A model generated the notes under the pieces. The model was not told where the DNA came from and did no database searches. It worked only from the letters and a program-made list of their open reading frames with translations. The translations under genes and the position numbers were made by a program. A stretch of DNA of 64,000 nt from Callorhinchus milii (taxonomy: Eukaryota), in the NCBI RefSeq assembly GCF_018977255.1, contig NW_024704742.1:53384001-53448000 (forward strand), written 5' to 3'. Positions 24,501 through 38,058 of this stretch are shown in pieces. Each line of letters opens with the position of its first letter. Positions within the stretch are counted from its first letter, which is position 1.

Positions 24501-26224
24501 CCACAGCTGAGCATGAAATGTGTGACATCATTGCCACTATGTGTCTCATGATACACAAAAGGCTCGAAATACATTCTGTGAAGTGCTTTGAGATGCCTCA
24601 GAGACGTGATAAGGTGCTATATCAAATGCAAGGATTATTATAGGATTATAAAGTTTATGTGAAACCAAAAGTCTTTGAAATGTGAATGTTGTTGTAACTC
24701 AAATAGATGAGATGGTAACCATAAACAAGTGGATATTTGCAGCTGTTTGTCCTCTTTTACTCTTCGGTTGGTAGATTCTACTCTTATTCTTCTGAACGTA
24801 GATTTCTTCCAACTTTTACTAATAAGATTCTGATAAGCATTGTAACTTCACTGATACTCTCTGGAGTCATTTCATTTGCACCCTGGTGATCCACAGCCAC
24901 TTTGATGCAAGCCTTCTCATTTTGAGTACCGTGTAGAAAGCGACCATCTGCCCCTAGTAGTTGCAGTGAACTGTATTTAGTTTGAGCACTAGACAATGCC
25001 ACAGGAGAAGTTGATGGGAAGGAAACAGTTCCATGGATCTCTCAGAGGGTATGGGAATTACAGGATCAGTCAAGATGAAATGGGTTCCTGGAGAAAAGTT
25101 GACCTTTGAAGAATTCAAATGTTAATCATCCAAAAGATGATGGGGTAGATTCAAAGTGGTTTTCCAAATGACTACAAATATTTGGAAGATAAAGTTTCAC
25201 CTGCTCGTGAAATCCTTAGATCCTCTAAGATCTTGTCTAAAAAATAGACAAACCACAACAAGGAATTTCAGAGGTTTGTTTTTCAGCCATTTCTAAGATC
25301 TCCTTTTGTGTAGAAACAGACAAGCTGCTGTATTGTGCAAGGAGGAAAGCTGATCTGGTCTTACATCAGTAGTTCTTCAAAGTCACTTGGAATGGAAGCT
25401 TTTATTTGAAAAAAACCTAAAATCCCATAGATTGAGAAGATTTCTGTAATCTTAATTTATTTCTAGCAGTGTAACAAATCTTAAAATCTTCGTTCCAGAA
25501 TCTATGTCTTCAACAATGCCACACTCTGCTGTAGTCATTCGTCCAGCCCTATAATAATAATTATATTAACATTATTATTACTCAAAGCACTTCACAGGAT
25601 ATACTTAAGCATAGTGACTGTGTATTTTATAGACGGGCATTCGATTTGAAAGATAGTTGCAATCATTTTCAATTTGTTACTGGTTAAAATGGTTAAAATG
25701 TAATTATATAATTGAATAAAGTAACTAAACTAAACCTTTTCAGGACTCGTAGCAGACATAAAACTTGGCCTGTTGGCTCTCTTCCCACTCCCTGCTCACC
25801 AACACATACTTGCACACAGATCGACTCACATACACAATGAGGTCTTGTATCTTCCTAGGCCTCTCCCCTGATACACACCATTAGCACAATGGATCTTGGG
25901 CTTCTTCAACCTCCCCATTCCTGAGTGGGAAATCATCGGACTTCCCATGGTGATGCTGAAGGGCATTGCAGGAGGAAGAGCAAAAAAGAGGAATCTCCCT
26001 TATGGTCTCAAGATGGCTTCCCAATCCCTGACCCACAGGAGGCTCCACAGCTCGGGAGCAGCAACTTCTGGTTGCTCGCCAGGGATGAGTCTTCAATTGA
26101 AGGCAGGGCGTTGCACATGGTTTCCCACAGTACCAACTGGATTTATTGTGGAGACCCAATCCCTGGGGCTATTATACTATTTTCAGTAGAGTCTGTTGCC
26201 CCCATTCATTAGCAGGAAGGCAGG

Positions 26225-26820
26225 TAACATCACTCGCCTCTGCCACTACCTCTCCCCTACATCACCGAGACCCTCATTCATGTCTTCATCATTTTGAGAT
26301 TTGATTACTCCAATGCTCTCTCACACTGGACTTTAAATTTACAGCTTTGTAAATGTCAACTTTGTGACCCTATCAACCTAATCTTCGCTTGGCTCCACCA
26401 GTTCCCCATCCCCCAGAGGATCAAATTCAAGATCAAATTCAAGATTCTCATCCTTACTTTCAAATGCCTTCCTGCCCTCACTCCACCTTACCTCTGTGAC
26501 CTCCTGCAGCCCTACTGCTATTGCTTCACTTTCCGCTCAGTTAACGTCACCCTGCTTCATATCCTCTGCCTGATCTGACAGGGTGGCTGGGTGAGCTTTC
26601 AGCCATTCTATCTCTGCTCTCTGGAACTCCATCATGGAGTTCCTCCACCTTTGAAGCCAGCCTTAATTCCTATCTTTTTAATTACATTTTTACTGAACTT
26701 CTCTCTCCGACCCTCCTCACCTCAGCTGCCCTCCCAACCCCCAGTTCTGGTGCCTATTTAACTGTGTAAAGTGCTTTGAGTCATCCTCTCAACATGAAAA
26801 GCACTATATAAATGTAACTT
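26225..26820 (+). mobile_element. L2 3' fragment
   Basis: ORF-track peptide WLHQFPIPQRIKFKILILTFKCLPALTPPYLCDLL is a typical L2 C-terminus; L2 tail present. Confidence 0.85.
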
Positions 26821-26821
26821 A

Positions 26822-27165
26822 TCAGCCTGGGTCAGTGTTAGCACTCTCGCTTCTGCTGGGGTGGGGGGGGGGGGTTGCATTGTCAGAAATGCCATCCCTC
26901 GGATGAAACAATAAACTAAAGTCCAGTTTGCTGTTCAGGTGAATATCAAAGATCCCATGGCACTATTTGAAAAGAGAAGAGAGCGACAAATAAAATTGAT
27001 CACTTCCTGCATGGCTGTTTGTGGGACAGTGCTGTGTGCAAATTGGCTGCTGTATTTTTGCCCAGAAAATACACAGTCAATCCACTTTACAGTGTATCCC
27101 TTGAGGTGCTTTGAGATACCTCAATGACGTGATAAGGTGTTAGATCAAATACAAGGCTTATTTAT
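26822..27165 (+). mobile_element. Old Deu-domain SINE
   Basis: gatcccatggcactatttgaa; gctgtttgtgggacagtgctgtgtgcaaattggctgc. Confidence 0.7.
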
Positions 27166-27369
27166 CATTATTTAACTTGTTGCCTGAAAAATAGTATTCT
27201 CTAACGCACCTATTATCCACCCTTCCTTGCACCCCTTCCCCCCCACCACCCACTCGGGTCAAATCCCTGACTGTCCAGCATCCTCCTGACGTGAAAGCCA
27301 CAAATGTAATTTTGTATTGAATTGTATTATTCAAGCTCACATTTCAAAACAATACCATTTAAGGATTAG

Positions 27370-27660
27370 AGTGCTAGACTCCCTGGATAGCTTAGCCATG
27401 TATACACTGGTTACTAGTCTGTGCTCATAGCTAGTGTCAGCTGGGATAGCAACGATGATACTTTTTATAAGCAGCCCCAGGTCTGGTATGGAAAGCCAAA
27501 TAGAAGCCTGGGCTCCACTCATGATGACTGCTGGAATGTGCTTGTGTTTAGGCACTGGGCAAATGCAAGATTCGGCTTGGCTATGATGCTCACAAAGTGC
27601 TAACATTGACTATCTAGTCTCGCAAATGAAGAACAGCCACTTGGGTGAGGAGCTTGTGTA
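27370..27660 (+). mobile_element. AmnSINE2-like SINE, diverged
   Basis: ctgtgctcatagctagtgtcagctggg...atgaagaacagccacttgggtgagg. Confidence 0.45.
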
Positions 27661-28049
27661 ACAGTTGCCAGCAGTTGTGAAACTCTACTCCACCTTGAGT
27701 CATCGCCTTCAGGAAAAGAGGGGAATTGATGCCAACATAGCTAACTACATTGAAAATTGCCTTCATAATCAAAAGCAGAAGGGGTGATAAATGCACTGGC
27801 TCTGTCTTAAGGACAGCGATTTGTGGAGTTGCCCAGGCATCACGTGTGTGGAACTCACATTCAAAAATTAAGGGAAATTGTTGGGCTTTATTGTGGGCAA
27901 ATGTAAGGACAAAACACACTGATCCACAATGAGTGGGTTTCATTTGGCAAAGGTGAAAAAAAGAAAATAGATATCATAACTGACTGTCTCACCTTTCCGG
28001 ACCAATTGGGGGGAGATCCTGTCCGAGTAGTTGTAATTTCCAGCTAAGT

Positions 28050-28152
28050 GTAATTACAATGCAGGTACCAGCATTTACCGGCTTTGTTCGGTGCTGTCTT
28101 TTTTCAGTGCTGAAAAATTCTGGTGAATGTCAGCACCGGTATTGTAATTGCT
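28050..28152. repeat. Imperfect hairpin of about 47 bp, probably a MITE remnant
   Basis: gtaattacaatgcaggtaccagcatttaccgg...ctggtgaatgtcagcaccggtattgtaattgc pair around a T-rich loop. Confidence 0.7.
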
Positions 28153-28779
28153 GGAATCCTGTGAACAGAAGATAATGAATCAGCTGCCCTCTGTTCATGG
28201 GATTCAAACTCAGTCAAAGTGACTATCCCTGGCCCTAAAGGGCAGAAAGCATAGTGAGGCTGAGGGAAATCTATGTGCGCGCAGGACCGTGGAAATGTTT
28301 TTAACGTTTCTGTATTGGGCCCGTTCTGGATAGATATGAATTCCGGATTCCTGGAGTCCAGTAAGCCGGGGGAGTTATTGTAATCAAAAAAAGAAGGGAG
28401 TCTCTCCCAGTGTCCTAGCCAACACGTCCCCATATAAAATTGATTATTCACTTCATGGTTGCTTGTGGAACATTGCTGTGTTGCAAAACTGGCTGCTGCT
28501 GGAATGTTGATTTAGACTGTGAACTCAAAGTCTAGGCTGAGGGACTTGAACCCAAAGCCTTGCAACTCATCGTCGAGAGTGATACCAAATGAGGCAGACG
28601 GAAGATCGTGGTGAACCAGGCCAGAGGGAGAAAACATTTTCAAGACATCAGAGGGGTGTTAATCCCTAAAAAAGGGCCACAAACCTCAAATTTACCCCCA
28701 CAGTTTTATGCACTGTCCAAATGCGTCACAGTGGTCTGCTTCTGGTTGTGTACATTCCTGTGTAAATTACTTGACTTTT

Positions 28780-29070
28780 CAGAAGGTATCTGATAACATT
28801 TCACGAAGTGAGACTTTTAAACGAAGGTTAAATTTCATGGAATTAGTGCAAAAGTGGTTACAGTTGCTAGTCAAAGCTGGTTTACCGATAGGAAACAACA
28901 ATTGACAATAAATGGAAAAAAGTTGTGTATGTGAGGGGGAGTGTCTTAGTGTTGTTCTGCAAGGTCTGATCTGAGATCTTTGATGTTGACGTGATTCATA
29001 AATCATTTGAAGAAAAGAGCTTCTTGAAATACAAAATTTGCTGATGGTGTTGAGATACACGACAGGTGAA
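28780..29070 (+). mobile_element. Old CR1 RT fragment
   Basis: Decayed YLDFQK-SDNISR ... KFADG motifs (gacttttcagaagg, aaatttgctgatg). Confidence 0.5.
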
Positions 29071-29591
29071 CATAACAACAACAATAACAATGACTTGCAT
29101 TTATGTAGTGCTTTTCACGCAGGATAGTGTCCCCGAGTGCTGAATAATATAAAGATATAGATAGGATTCAAGCAGAGGCAGACTAAATAGACACATGTGC
29201 AGAATGCTAAAGTCAGATGTTTCTTTTTTAATGTTATTAAAGTACCGTCCTCGCGATCAGAACTTTAAAATTAAAATAGTCTGCTCAAAGGTTCTCAAAA
29301 GCTTTGAATGGACTATGGTTGTGTCCATCCATATGAAGACTGAGATGAAGAGGTTCTGGTAGAGAAATGGTGGGTTCCATTGATATGGGGAGAGAAGGAA
29401 GGAAATGTTAGCTGTCAAAGGAAGTATAGGGAAAAATTGTATAGATGTGTGGATGGAAAAATATTCCAATAGCAACAATAACTTGTATTTATATAGTGCC
29501 CTCGTGTGGGATAGATTCTCAGAATAATTTGTTTGATTACTTTGTGGGCGAGCGAATGTGAAGCCAGGAGATATAATGTGTCATGGATAGA

Positions 29592-30110
29592 ATAACAAAA
29601 ACAACAACAACAGCAACAAGAGCATTTATGTACTACCTTTTACAGAGTAATGTGGCAAAGATGCAGAAAATCTGTCTTGATCAGTGATGTGAGGAAAGCT
29701 GAGCTGAGGGTCAGTCAAAAAACACCAAGGTTACCCATTGGTTCAGTGAATTGGAGAAAGCGGTTGGGAAGGTTCAGGAAGTCAAAAGCAGAAGTAAAGA
29801 AATATTGGTGAAAACTGAGGTGTATGGCTTTGATCTTGTCCACATTTAGTCGAGGAAAGATTAGGCTAACCTAGGGCTTGATGTCTGACAAGTAGGTGGT
29901 CAGAACATTAGCGGATCTAGAATCAAGAGTAGAAGTAGATTTTGGGGTCATCCATGTACATATTTAAACTAACCCCATACATGTGAGTGTTGTCACTAAG
30001 CAGGAGCGTGTTGATGAAGAAGAACAAGAAGGATGGAGGATAGAGCCTGAGATACACAACAAATAACTGTGTGAGGGCAAGAGGAGAAGTCATTGGAAGA
30101 AACAAAGTGG
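29592..30110 (-). mobile_element. Old L2 fragment (RT core and tail)
   Basis: Minus-strand peptide GVSLNMYMDDPKIYF (YADD-like); (CAA)n tail at left. Confidence 0.6.
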
Positions 30111-31159
30111 AAGATTGAATACCATAATAGCTTTTGTGTGGTCTGTGGAATGGCTGAGCTTAGTCTGTTAAATATATATGTTTTTGTTCCATGCGCACAT
30201 GTGGGCACATTTTCTTTCTTCTATCTAATCAAGCACTAAGACCTTCTTGAGGGTATTTTATTGTAAGCCAAAGCAAGTCATTTTAACTCCACACAACAAC
30301 GATCAAATCAACGTTTACCTACTGAATGCAATTCTAAGTACTTAACCATCAAAGAGACAATGTATTGGAGAGGGTTCAGCAAAGAGCAGTAACAATTATA
30401 CCATACTGGGACAAGCTAAAGCTCTAAATTATAAGCAGAGGCTTATGGAACTGAACTAAAACTTGGTTTCAGGGGATATAAAAAGATTTCTGAGAGCATA
30501 ATCTAAGCCACTAAAATTTCAATACAAAAGACATAAGAGAAAAATGAGTGGACAGCAAGCAATTCTGGAGATTAGAAGATTTTTACCCAGAATGGAGAAG
30601 TCGACATGTAGAATAGGAACTCAGCAAAAATAGTTCAAACAATGCTGGCAATTAACTCTTTCAAAAAAAGTTATATAATTATTCTGAAAAAGAACATGCC
30701 TGAAGAACAGAGATAGGTATGGACATAAAAAATCAAATAGTCTAGGTAACCCAATAATCCCACTTGCTAACTCTGATAGAATACTCATTTATAAATTAAA
30801 TTGAGGTCTCATCTATGGTTCAGTTGTGTTGTTAAACTGAGGTCCCATCTGCCAAATACTTTACAGTAAATCATGTTAAGGCTTTTGAGGCATTTCAATG
30901 ACATGATGAAGCACTGTATCAAATACAAGTATTATTATGACATTATGTAGGATAAGCTCTTATTCTAAATTCCCAGGTAATTTGCTTAGATAGTCCAAGA
31001 ACTTTGAGGGAAAAACAGGGATAGACCCCAGTGCAATTTGCTCCACTAACTTTATCGTGCATGAGTGCAGATTGCACTGCCCTTGAGGTGGCTCCAATGA
31101 GATTGACATTGTTTGATTCCCCAGTGAACTGCATCTTATGTATTGTAAATCAACAGTTC

Positions 31160-31870
31160 GAACATTCTTTTTTGGTCAGCTGGGCGTCTGCCACATGCAG
31201 AAAACCATCAACATGCTTACGAATATCCAAACTAAACGGAGAGTTCCATGCACCCCACCTGTACTTGGAAATTCCAGAGATATGATTGGAATGGAATGCA
31301 CACTCCCTCATTGGAGGACATACCCATTCTTATCTAATTCTGGAAAGTATTAGGCACAGATTGGCAAGAGCCAAGGCTTGAGGATCCCAGAGTGTGTTTT
31401 GGAGTACAGCTGGAGTTTAACCAGCTAAATCAGCTTGCTATTGAAAGCGCTGTCTGGCAAGCTTTCCCGCTGCTTGTTCCAAAAAGGACCACTTTCTCCG
31501 TTAGGGCTTTGGTTTGCAAGGTTAATGAGAACTGAGTGGGAAGAGTCCCTACACCCGGTCATTGGTCTGCACTTCCAAGTCCTGCTGATGAGCCATCCTG
31601 GCTCTGCATCAGCAGTGCCCTGGAGCACTGGGGACCCGCCTGGCTTAGGAACTAGATTACTGAGATCACCACAGAGGGTTGACTCAATTCTGATATTTCA
31701 TTGCCAAACATATCACCTTGGAGCCAGTTCAGCTCCAAGGACACCCCGCTTAACTCCCCGCCAAAGAAGATAGTCACGAATTGGTCATTTGACATTCGAC
31801 AAGCGCAGGTTTGAGCCGTCATTAGGCAGATGGCAGATCCCAGGAATTTCCTGCAAGCTTCCACTGTGAA
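31160..31870 (-). mobile_element. Family X retroposon, best uninterrupted copy
   Basis: About 700 bp of homology to the other copies; sense 3' end ccagctgaccaaaaaa; internal hairpins. Confidence 0.8.
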
Positions 31871-32329
31871 GCTGATTCCTCTTCCATAAGAACACATTGT
31901 GAACTGATTCTCTGAAGGGAGCCTTATTCTGTTATTTATTTGACATTAATAGAATTGAAGATGTACGGCCTCAAGGAGTTTTTAGACATTTTGTACTTTT
32001 TAAAAATATATCAAATTCAATAAAAATGTCATGCTATAGTATATCTGAAGGATATGTCACAAGTGATAGGGTATGTATTTCCACAAATGAGGGTGACTCA
32101 ATAAATTAAAGTAGCAAAGGCACAAGTGGATTAGTCACTGTCACCAAGATGATTATTTATCATACTATGGTGTTTTCATTTTAAATGTTTTGTAGCCCAA
32201 GAAAATCACTTATGCTGATGAACTTTAGTTGCCATGCCAACAAGGCATGGTCAAAGAAGACTGTTTGAAAGTGAATATTATCACATTAAATAATGTAAAA
32301 ATAATCCTTAGATTATTATTCTATGCCTC

Positions 32330-33262
32330 AGGCACTGACAGCATCACCATCCAAGGATGCACACTCCACCTCACTGAGCCAGTCCAGAACATTGGGGTCT
32401 TGTTTGACCCTCACCTATCCTTTCTATCCCACATCTGTGTCATGACCCGCTCTGTCTTCCCCCACCTCTGCAACATTGCCCGGCTCCGCCACTGTCTCAC
32501 ACCGCAAGCCGCCAAAACCCTCATACACGCCTTCATAACATTGAGGCTTGACTACACAAACTCCCTGCTTGTCGGCCCCCCCAACTCCTCCCTCCATAAG
32601 CTGCAGATCATCCAGAACTCTGCAGCCCACATCCTCTCCCCCACCAGGCTCTGCGAACCTATCACCTCCATCTCCGCCCCACTCCATCGGCTTCCCATCA
32701 CACAGAGAATACAGTCCAAGATCCTGGTCCTCACCTTCAAAGCCCTCCATGGTGTTGCTCCCCCCCTACCTCTGCAACCTCCTAATCCCCTACCATCCTT
32801 CCCGCTCCCTCTGCTCAGCGGGCTCCGGCCTGCTTCACGTCCCCCGCCATCGGCAGTTGGGCCTTCTGACACTCTGCCCCCACCCTCTGGAACTCCATCT
32901 GGTAGTCCCTTCATCTTGCCCCCCCTCTTGCCCTCTATCACTCGGATCTACTTACTCCCCACTCCACTTCCTGCTGCCTCTACTTGGCAGCATCCAGCCT
33001 CCTGCTTGTTCCTTGCTCCATCCACTCCATCACTGGTAACTGTGCTTTCAGCCACTACACCCTGAAACTTTGCAACTCTCTCTGTCAATCCCTCCATCCC
33101 TCCGCCTTGCTCCCTCCTTCCCCATTTTCGGATCATACCTGAAGACCATCCTCTTTGATCTTGCCTATGGTCATCTCCCCCTTCGCCAGGCTCCGCCACT
33201 GTTAAACATTCTGAGATGCCATCCTGCATGAAGGGTGATATATAAATGCAAGTTGTTGTTAA
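32330..33262 (+). mobile_element. L2 LINE 3' fragment
   Basis: VQNIGVLFDPHLSF...HLCNIARLR...LIHAFITLRLDYTNSLLVG...KLQIIQNSAA...LHRLPITQRIQSKILVLTFKALHG; (GTT)n tail. Confidence 0.92.
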
Positions 33263-34009
33263 ATGACAGCTCATGTTGTATTTTGTGTCACAATGGTTTC
33301 AGGAGGAAGTGCAAATTATTGCCTTTTCCACTGCAATGGAGAAGACCTGATCTACACCAGCCTCAACTGGCTGATTTGTGAGGAGGTAAGTCAAGGTATC
33401 TTATTTCAGATTTCATTTTAAAAGCAAATGATTATCCAGAGAGCTTTCAGAGGAAGTTTGCTGCACTAGGGAGTTGAACACATTCCTACCTTTTGCATCC
33501 AATATCAGCATCAAGCACTGTTAGTACAGCCCAGCTGCACACAGAGTGAAGTTCCATCTGCTCTGTCCTCCAATGTAGTCTAGTTTGTGATATTCATCCT
33601 GTTTTCGGAATCCTGTTCAAACGTGTCCAGAAGTTGACAGTGGTGCTATCCTGGTGCTTGTTTGAGGCACTTTCAGCTGCCAGTGGGTTCCCTTATTTGT
33701 GACTAGGACTCCATACTAAAGGCTCCTGTGATAAATCATTGCAAAGAAGACACGGGTGTCAAATTGGGAGAGTTTTTACGGATTTGCATCTACCACAAAA
33801 TACTAAAGCTTATTTAACATGGACTGTTTGCAGCCAGGAGAGAGAATAGACATGCATCCCATTAGTCCGGGCTGGAGTTGAACCAAAGCTTCCAAGGATT
33901 ATTGTTATATCTCACTCAGAAACCACTCAGTCTTGGCAACTACTTTTGATGGTATTTTCTGCTGTGATAAAATTGTTCAAAATGTGACTAACCTTATTTA
34001 CCAGTGAGA

Positions 34010-34140
34010 TCTGAAATTCCAACTCGTTATAGCCTGTAGCTATATAAGTGACTTAAAATTTGACGTTGCACAGAATTGTGCAAAATTCTTAAATTCAACC
34101 TTAATTTGGAAGCTGAGTTCTTTTCTAAATTAAATTAAGT
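34010..34140. mobile_element. Half of a palindromic MITE (same family as 54545-54785)
   Basis: gaaattccaact...gaattgtgcaaaattcttaaattcaaccttaatttggaagc. Confidence 0.6.
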
Positions 34141-37100
34141 TTAGTGCCAAGAGATTTGTCCACATTAAATGCTGAGAAAATGTATGAATGCATCAAGAAG
34201 CTCCCACTTTGTTTTTGGGGGTCTATACATTTAACATTTAGAACTGTAATTTGCAGATTTTTTATTGAAATGTTCCCATTGAAAGAGCTTCCAGATGGCC
34301 AATGCTACAACTTTCAATGGGAAAAGGTTAAGCACTTACTTTCACTGCCAAGCGGTTAACTGTGTAGTCTACTTGCCAGTAGTACAGTCACAGGAAAAAA
34401 ATTGGACTCAGAGGCTTACTAAGGAAATAGTCCATCACTGGAGCTCTCACAGGAGGATTTAATGAACAAGTCACTTTGCAGTGTCTTTTCCAAATGAAAA
34501 GCAGAATTAAACGATGAACCACGTTTGCAGCTGTCTCTATGAACTGATATATGAACAGTTTGTTTTAATTACATTTCACTGGCCTACACTATTGCCAGCC
34601 TTCCTCAATTCCTAATTAATCATCTTAGTCACAAATTGGCTTGAAGTTCACCAATACTGTACATGATGGAAACATCCCACATACCCGTTCATGGAGTCCA
34701 CATTTACTGTTCAAGATGGCCCTTAAGAAGTCTGTATTGAATCATAATGGATCATTGGAAATAAAACAAATATAGTCCCACACAAAGTTTTCAATCAACT
34801 GTAGCCATATAATCATCTCAGATATTATAATAAGTTTGCAGCACAGAATACCTTTTGTATGAGTTGAAATTTGCAATATTTCATAACTCTTTGAAAATGA
34901 TAATTATCACATTGAATACATTACAGAATGCTACTAATTTCACCCCAGTGCTTGTCAGAATATTTATATAGGGAACTAGCAGTTAGTCAATTTCCACCAA
35001 GGTAAAGCACTCTGAGATACTACTCCGATGAAGAATACTATATAAATGTAAGTTGTTGTTGTTAGGGTTGTAAACAAGCCTCTAATATTTACATTGAATG
35101 TAACAATTTAAAGCTTTTTTTCAAATGAATTGGCACTGTTTATTCATGCTACAATTCTAAGACTAAACGAAATGTGAAGTAGAGATGTATTGGAGTGAAG
35201 TATTGCTGTGGATCACTCCAAGAAGCAACAAGATTGAAAAGATCTTAAAAATGTAAAGGCAATGAAGAAGTAAGGATGTTCATAAGGACATGAAAATATG
35301 CCTTAAATATCAGAAGATGACCAATGCAGTGATCTCAGTTAGCTCAGACCTAAGGGCAAATTGTTCTTCAGCATATACTTTCCTTGAAGCAGCTATTATG
35401 TTCTATGTTTGTCCATAGAAAACACAAACACTACATTTCACCATAAGAATCGTGTAAACCGCTTTGAGATGTTTTAACAATATGGTGAATTTATCTGAGA
35501 GAAACAAAATTGCCACACACCAGAAGAAGTCCCTATTCTTCTAAGTAACACCATTTGACCAGCAGAAGATATACACATCGACCATGCAACCTGATTTCTA
35601 TGAAATAGAGGTGGATTCTGTGTTCTGGTGGTTCAAAAGCAAGAGTTCTTTGAATTGAAAGAAATTCTGGGTTAGTGTTTCTGAATTGCAATAAGTTTCC
35701 AGCCCTGTACTTTGTGTCACCCATCAATTTGGTCAAAAAGCAAGTAATTTCTCCACATATCCAACATACTCCTGTTTTTCACCTCCAAGATATGTTCTTT
35801 GGCAGCTGCTTGCTTGTTTCCTGCTGCTACATGGAACTCAGGGCTCACACAGGTCTGCTGTTGAGTCAGATGCTGATGGTAAATATGTTCTGCCAAGTAC
35901 CTGAGGGGATCATTCTTCCTCACTGTTGGTGGCCTGCAGTAGAGGTGAATCCTTTGTGGTGTATTGGATGTTGAAGAAGTTGGAGAGCTTTCAGAGGGTC
36001 CCCATGGAAATAGTTTATTTTCCCCTTCTCTGCAATAGATATTATGCAGTATTTTTACGATGGGTCCGTGGGTTCCTGTCTAATAGTCGAAATTTATAAT
36101 TTGATCATTCGCCTCATAGCTATACATGAGTCAAACATGTTCATGCACAAATTGCTGTTATATTTACTTACAATCATTATACTTGACAATAATTACTGGA
36201 AAACACTTTGAGACATTTTGATATAAGACGGTAAAAAATGTGACTTCTTTGTATCACTGGCTGATCTTGTTTCTCAAAGGAACAATTTTTCTGAAAAAAA
36301 TTGCATATGTGTGCATATATGCTGAAACTATTCAGTAATAAATAGTTAAAGTACAGGAATGGTAGATGCAGGCACTCATTGTGAATTGACTGAAGTACCA
36401 GAGATGTATGGCATTTGCAAACTAACGCCTTGTGTATTGTGAATGGAAGTGTGTGGCTGGACCATGGAGAACAAAAGCTGCCATTGTCAGAGGCTGCTGG
36501 CAAGTTACTCAGGTTTTCAACTTGAGAAAGTTCTGGTCACTACAACATAAAAGAAGTGTTTCATCGTTTGCCATGATGCATGCTGCTCAATCTCTGACCA
36601 CACGGCTGTGCATGGCAGCACCCACATGGCGGGGAAGAATGAGCCTTTCACTTAGCATTTATAATCCCGTTCTGTTTGAGTCCCCTGGGTCGACAGCCCT
36701 CAGTGGTGAGTTGAGAGCACTGAGGAAACAGCATAGCATTCCTCATGGCAGTAGCTTATTATTGGAAAATTCCAGCCTAAAGTCATGAAGACAGCAGATT
36801 TTAAATCTGAAAAAACTCTAAGTAGCTCACATTTCTGTGATCTCAGAAAGTTCTCAGAAAAACATGCACTCTTTAATTACTAAGATCCATACTTATGTAT
36901 TCCATTGGTATAAAAATAGAGCAGCTTCATTGGGTAGTTGACAGAACATCTATTGTTTGCTGTTCCTTAATTTTTTCCATGCTGTTCCTTGTCCTCCTTT
37001 TTCATTCCCGACCTTTCAATTACAAATCTGTCACCAGTTCTTTCACACAAAGTAGTTAATCCCAGAAGCCAGCCTGCTTTTTAACCTATTAACATTGCAA

Positions 37101-37484
37101 TGTAATGATGTGATTGTTTGAATATAAAGACAGAGAGAATGAAATTAATTACCGCACTTTGACGTTATTTGGATTTCATACACTTTTCCTTTTGTTCTTC
37201 AACAAAACACATAAGAGTGTCATTCTGCACAATATATTTCTGTTTACATATGCTGCTGAATAGTTCTTAACCTGAAACATATTGCTCTTATATTTCAAAT
37301 ATACTTTCCTTTGAAAGTGACATGCACCTATTATGCAGAGTTTCCCAGGACAATAACTCACATCCCAAAGGAATAAAAAAATCTGAGATTTGTGTTATGA
37401 TTAAACTGTAGCTGCAATATCTCTGACCTGGATCCTTTGTGATAGATGACCAAAGAAGAGATTTTTCCCTGTGATATTCAGGTG

Positions 37485-37720
37485 TCAGCTTGGTTCAGCT
37501 TTTAACCCTCAAGCTCCATGTCGGAACTTGAGTTTATAGACAAGACTGACACTCCAGTGAAATGTTGGAGAGTGCTGAATCGTATCTTTCAGATGATGAG
37601 ACAATAAACCAGGGTCTTATCAACCGGCTTTTCAGGTGCACATTACAGATTCTTCAAAAAGAGAAAGGAGTTTCTTCTAGCGTCTTGGACAAAGAGTGAC
37701 CCCACTTATTACATTAGTGC
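37485..37720 (+). mobile_element. Old Deu-domain SINE fragment
   Basis: cagcttggttcag...actgacactccagtg...tttcagatgatgagacaataaacc. Confidence 0.5.
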
Positions 37721-38058
37721 TCCTTTACAGTGGTTTGCTTTTAATAAAGGAGCCTTTGCCCCTCATATGGGGAGCCGCTTTCTGGATGCTGCAAGTGGTC
37801 ACCAGGTCACTGTTAGCATCACTTTCAGGATGTTACAAAGGAAGTGGCACTGGCTGCAATATAATGATGAAGCTAGCCATATTTCAGTGTGGGATGGCAG
37901 CTGGCTTTCTGCATGCTTGCAGTGATGTCAGATGTTATACGATCAGTGATGTAGATGCAGAAGCACTGACTGTAGATCATGCCCCATTATAAAGCTGGAT
38001 GGGATTTTATGGACCCCCAACTACTGCATTTTACAGGGCTATACTGTATATTTAAGTA

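Noticed and set aside
24784..25240. Unique-looking segment with a minus-strand acceptor and a 72-aa ORF
   Set aside because: No long frame from the acceptor and no motif; cannot be supported as coding.
31582..31615. CTGATGA followed by a stem in Family X as a possible hammerhead
   Set aside because: No GAAA after the stem; it is simply a hairpin.
32229..33065. Longest ORF in the track (278 aa)
   Set aside because: L2 ORF2 C-terminal remnant with flank read-through and a frameshifted Pro-rich end; not a host gene.
35717..36080. Stop-free minus-strand stretch of about 120 codons with a weak acceptor near 36030
   Set aside because: No recognisable domain and a poor polypyrimidine tract; a few stretches this long are expected by chance in 64 kb over six frames.
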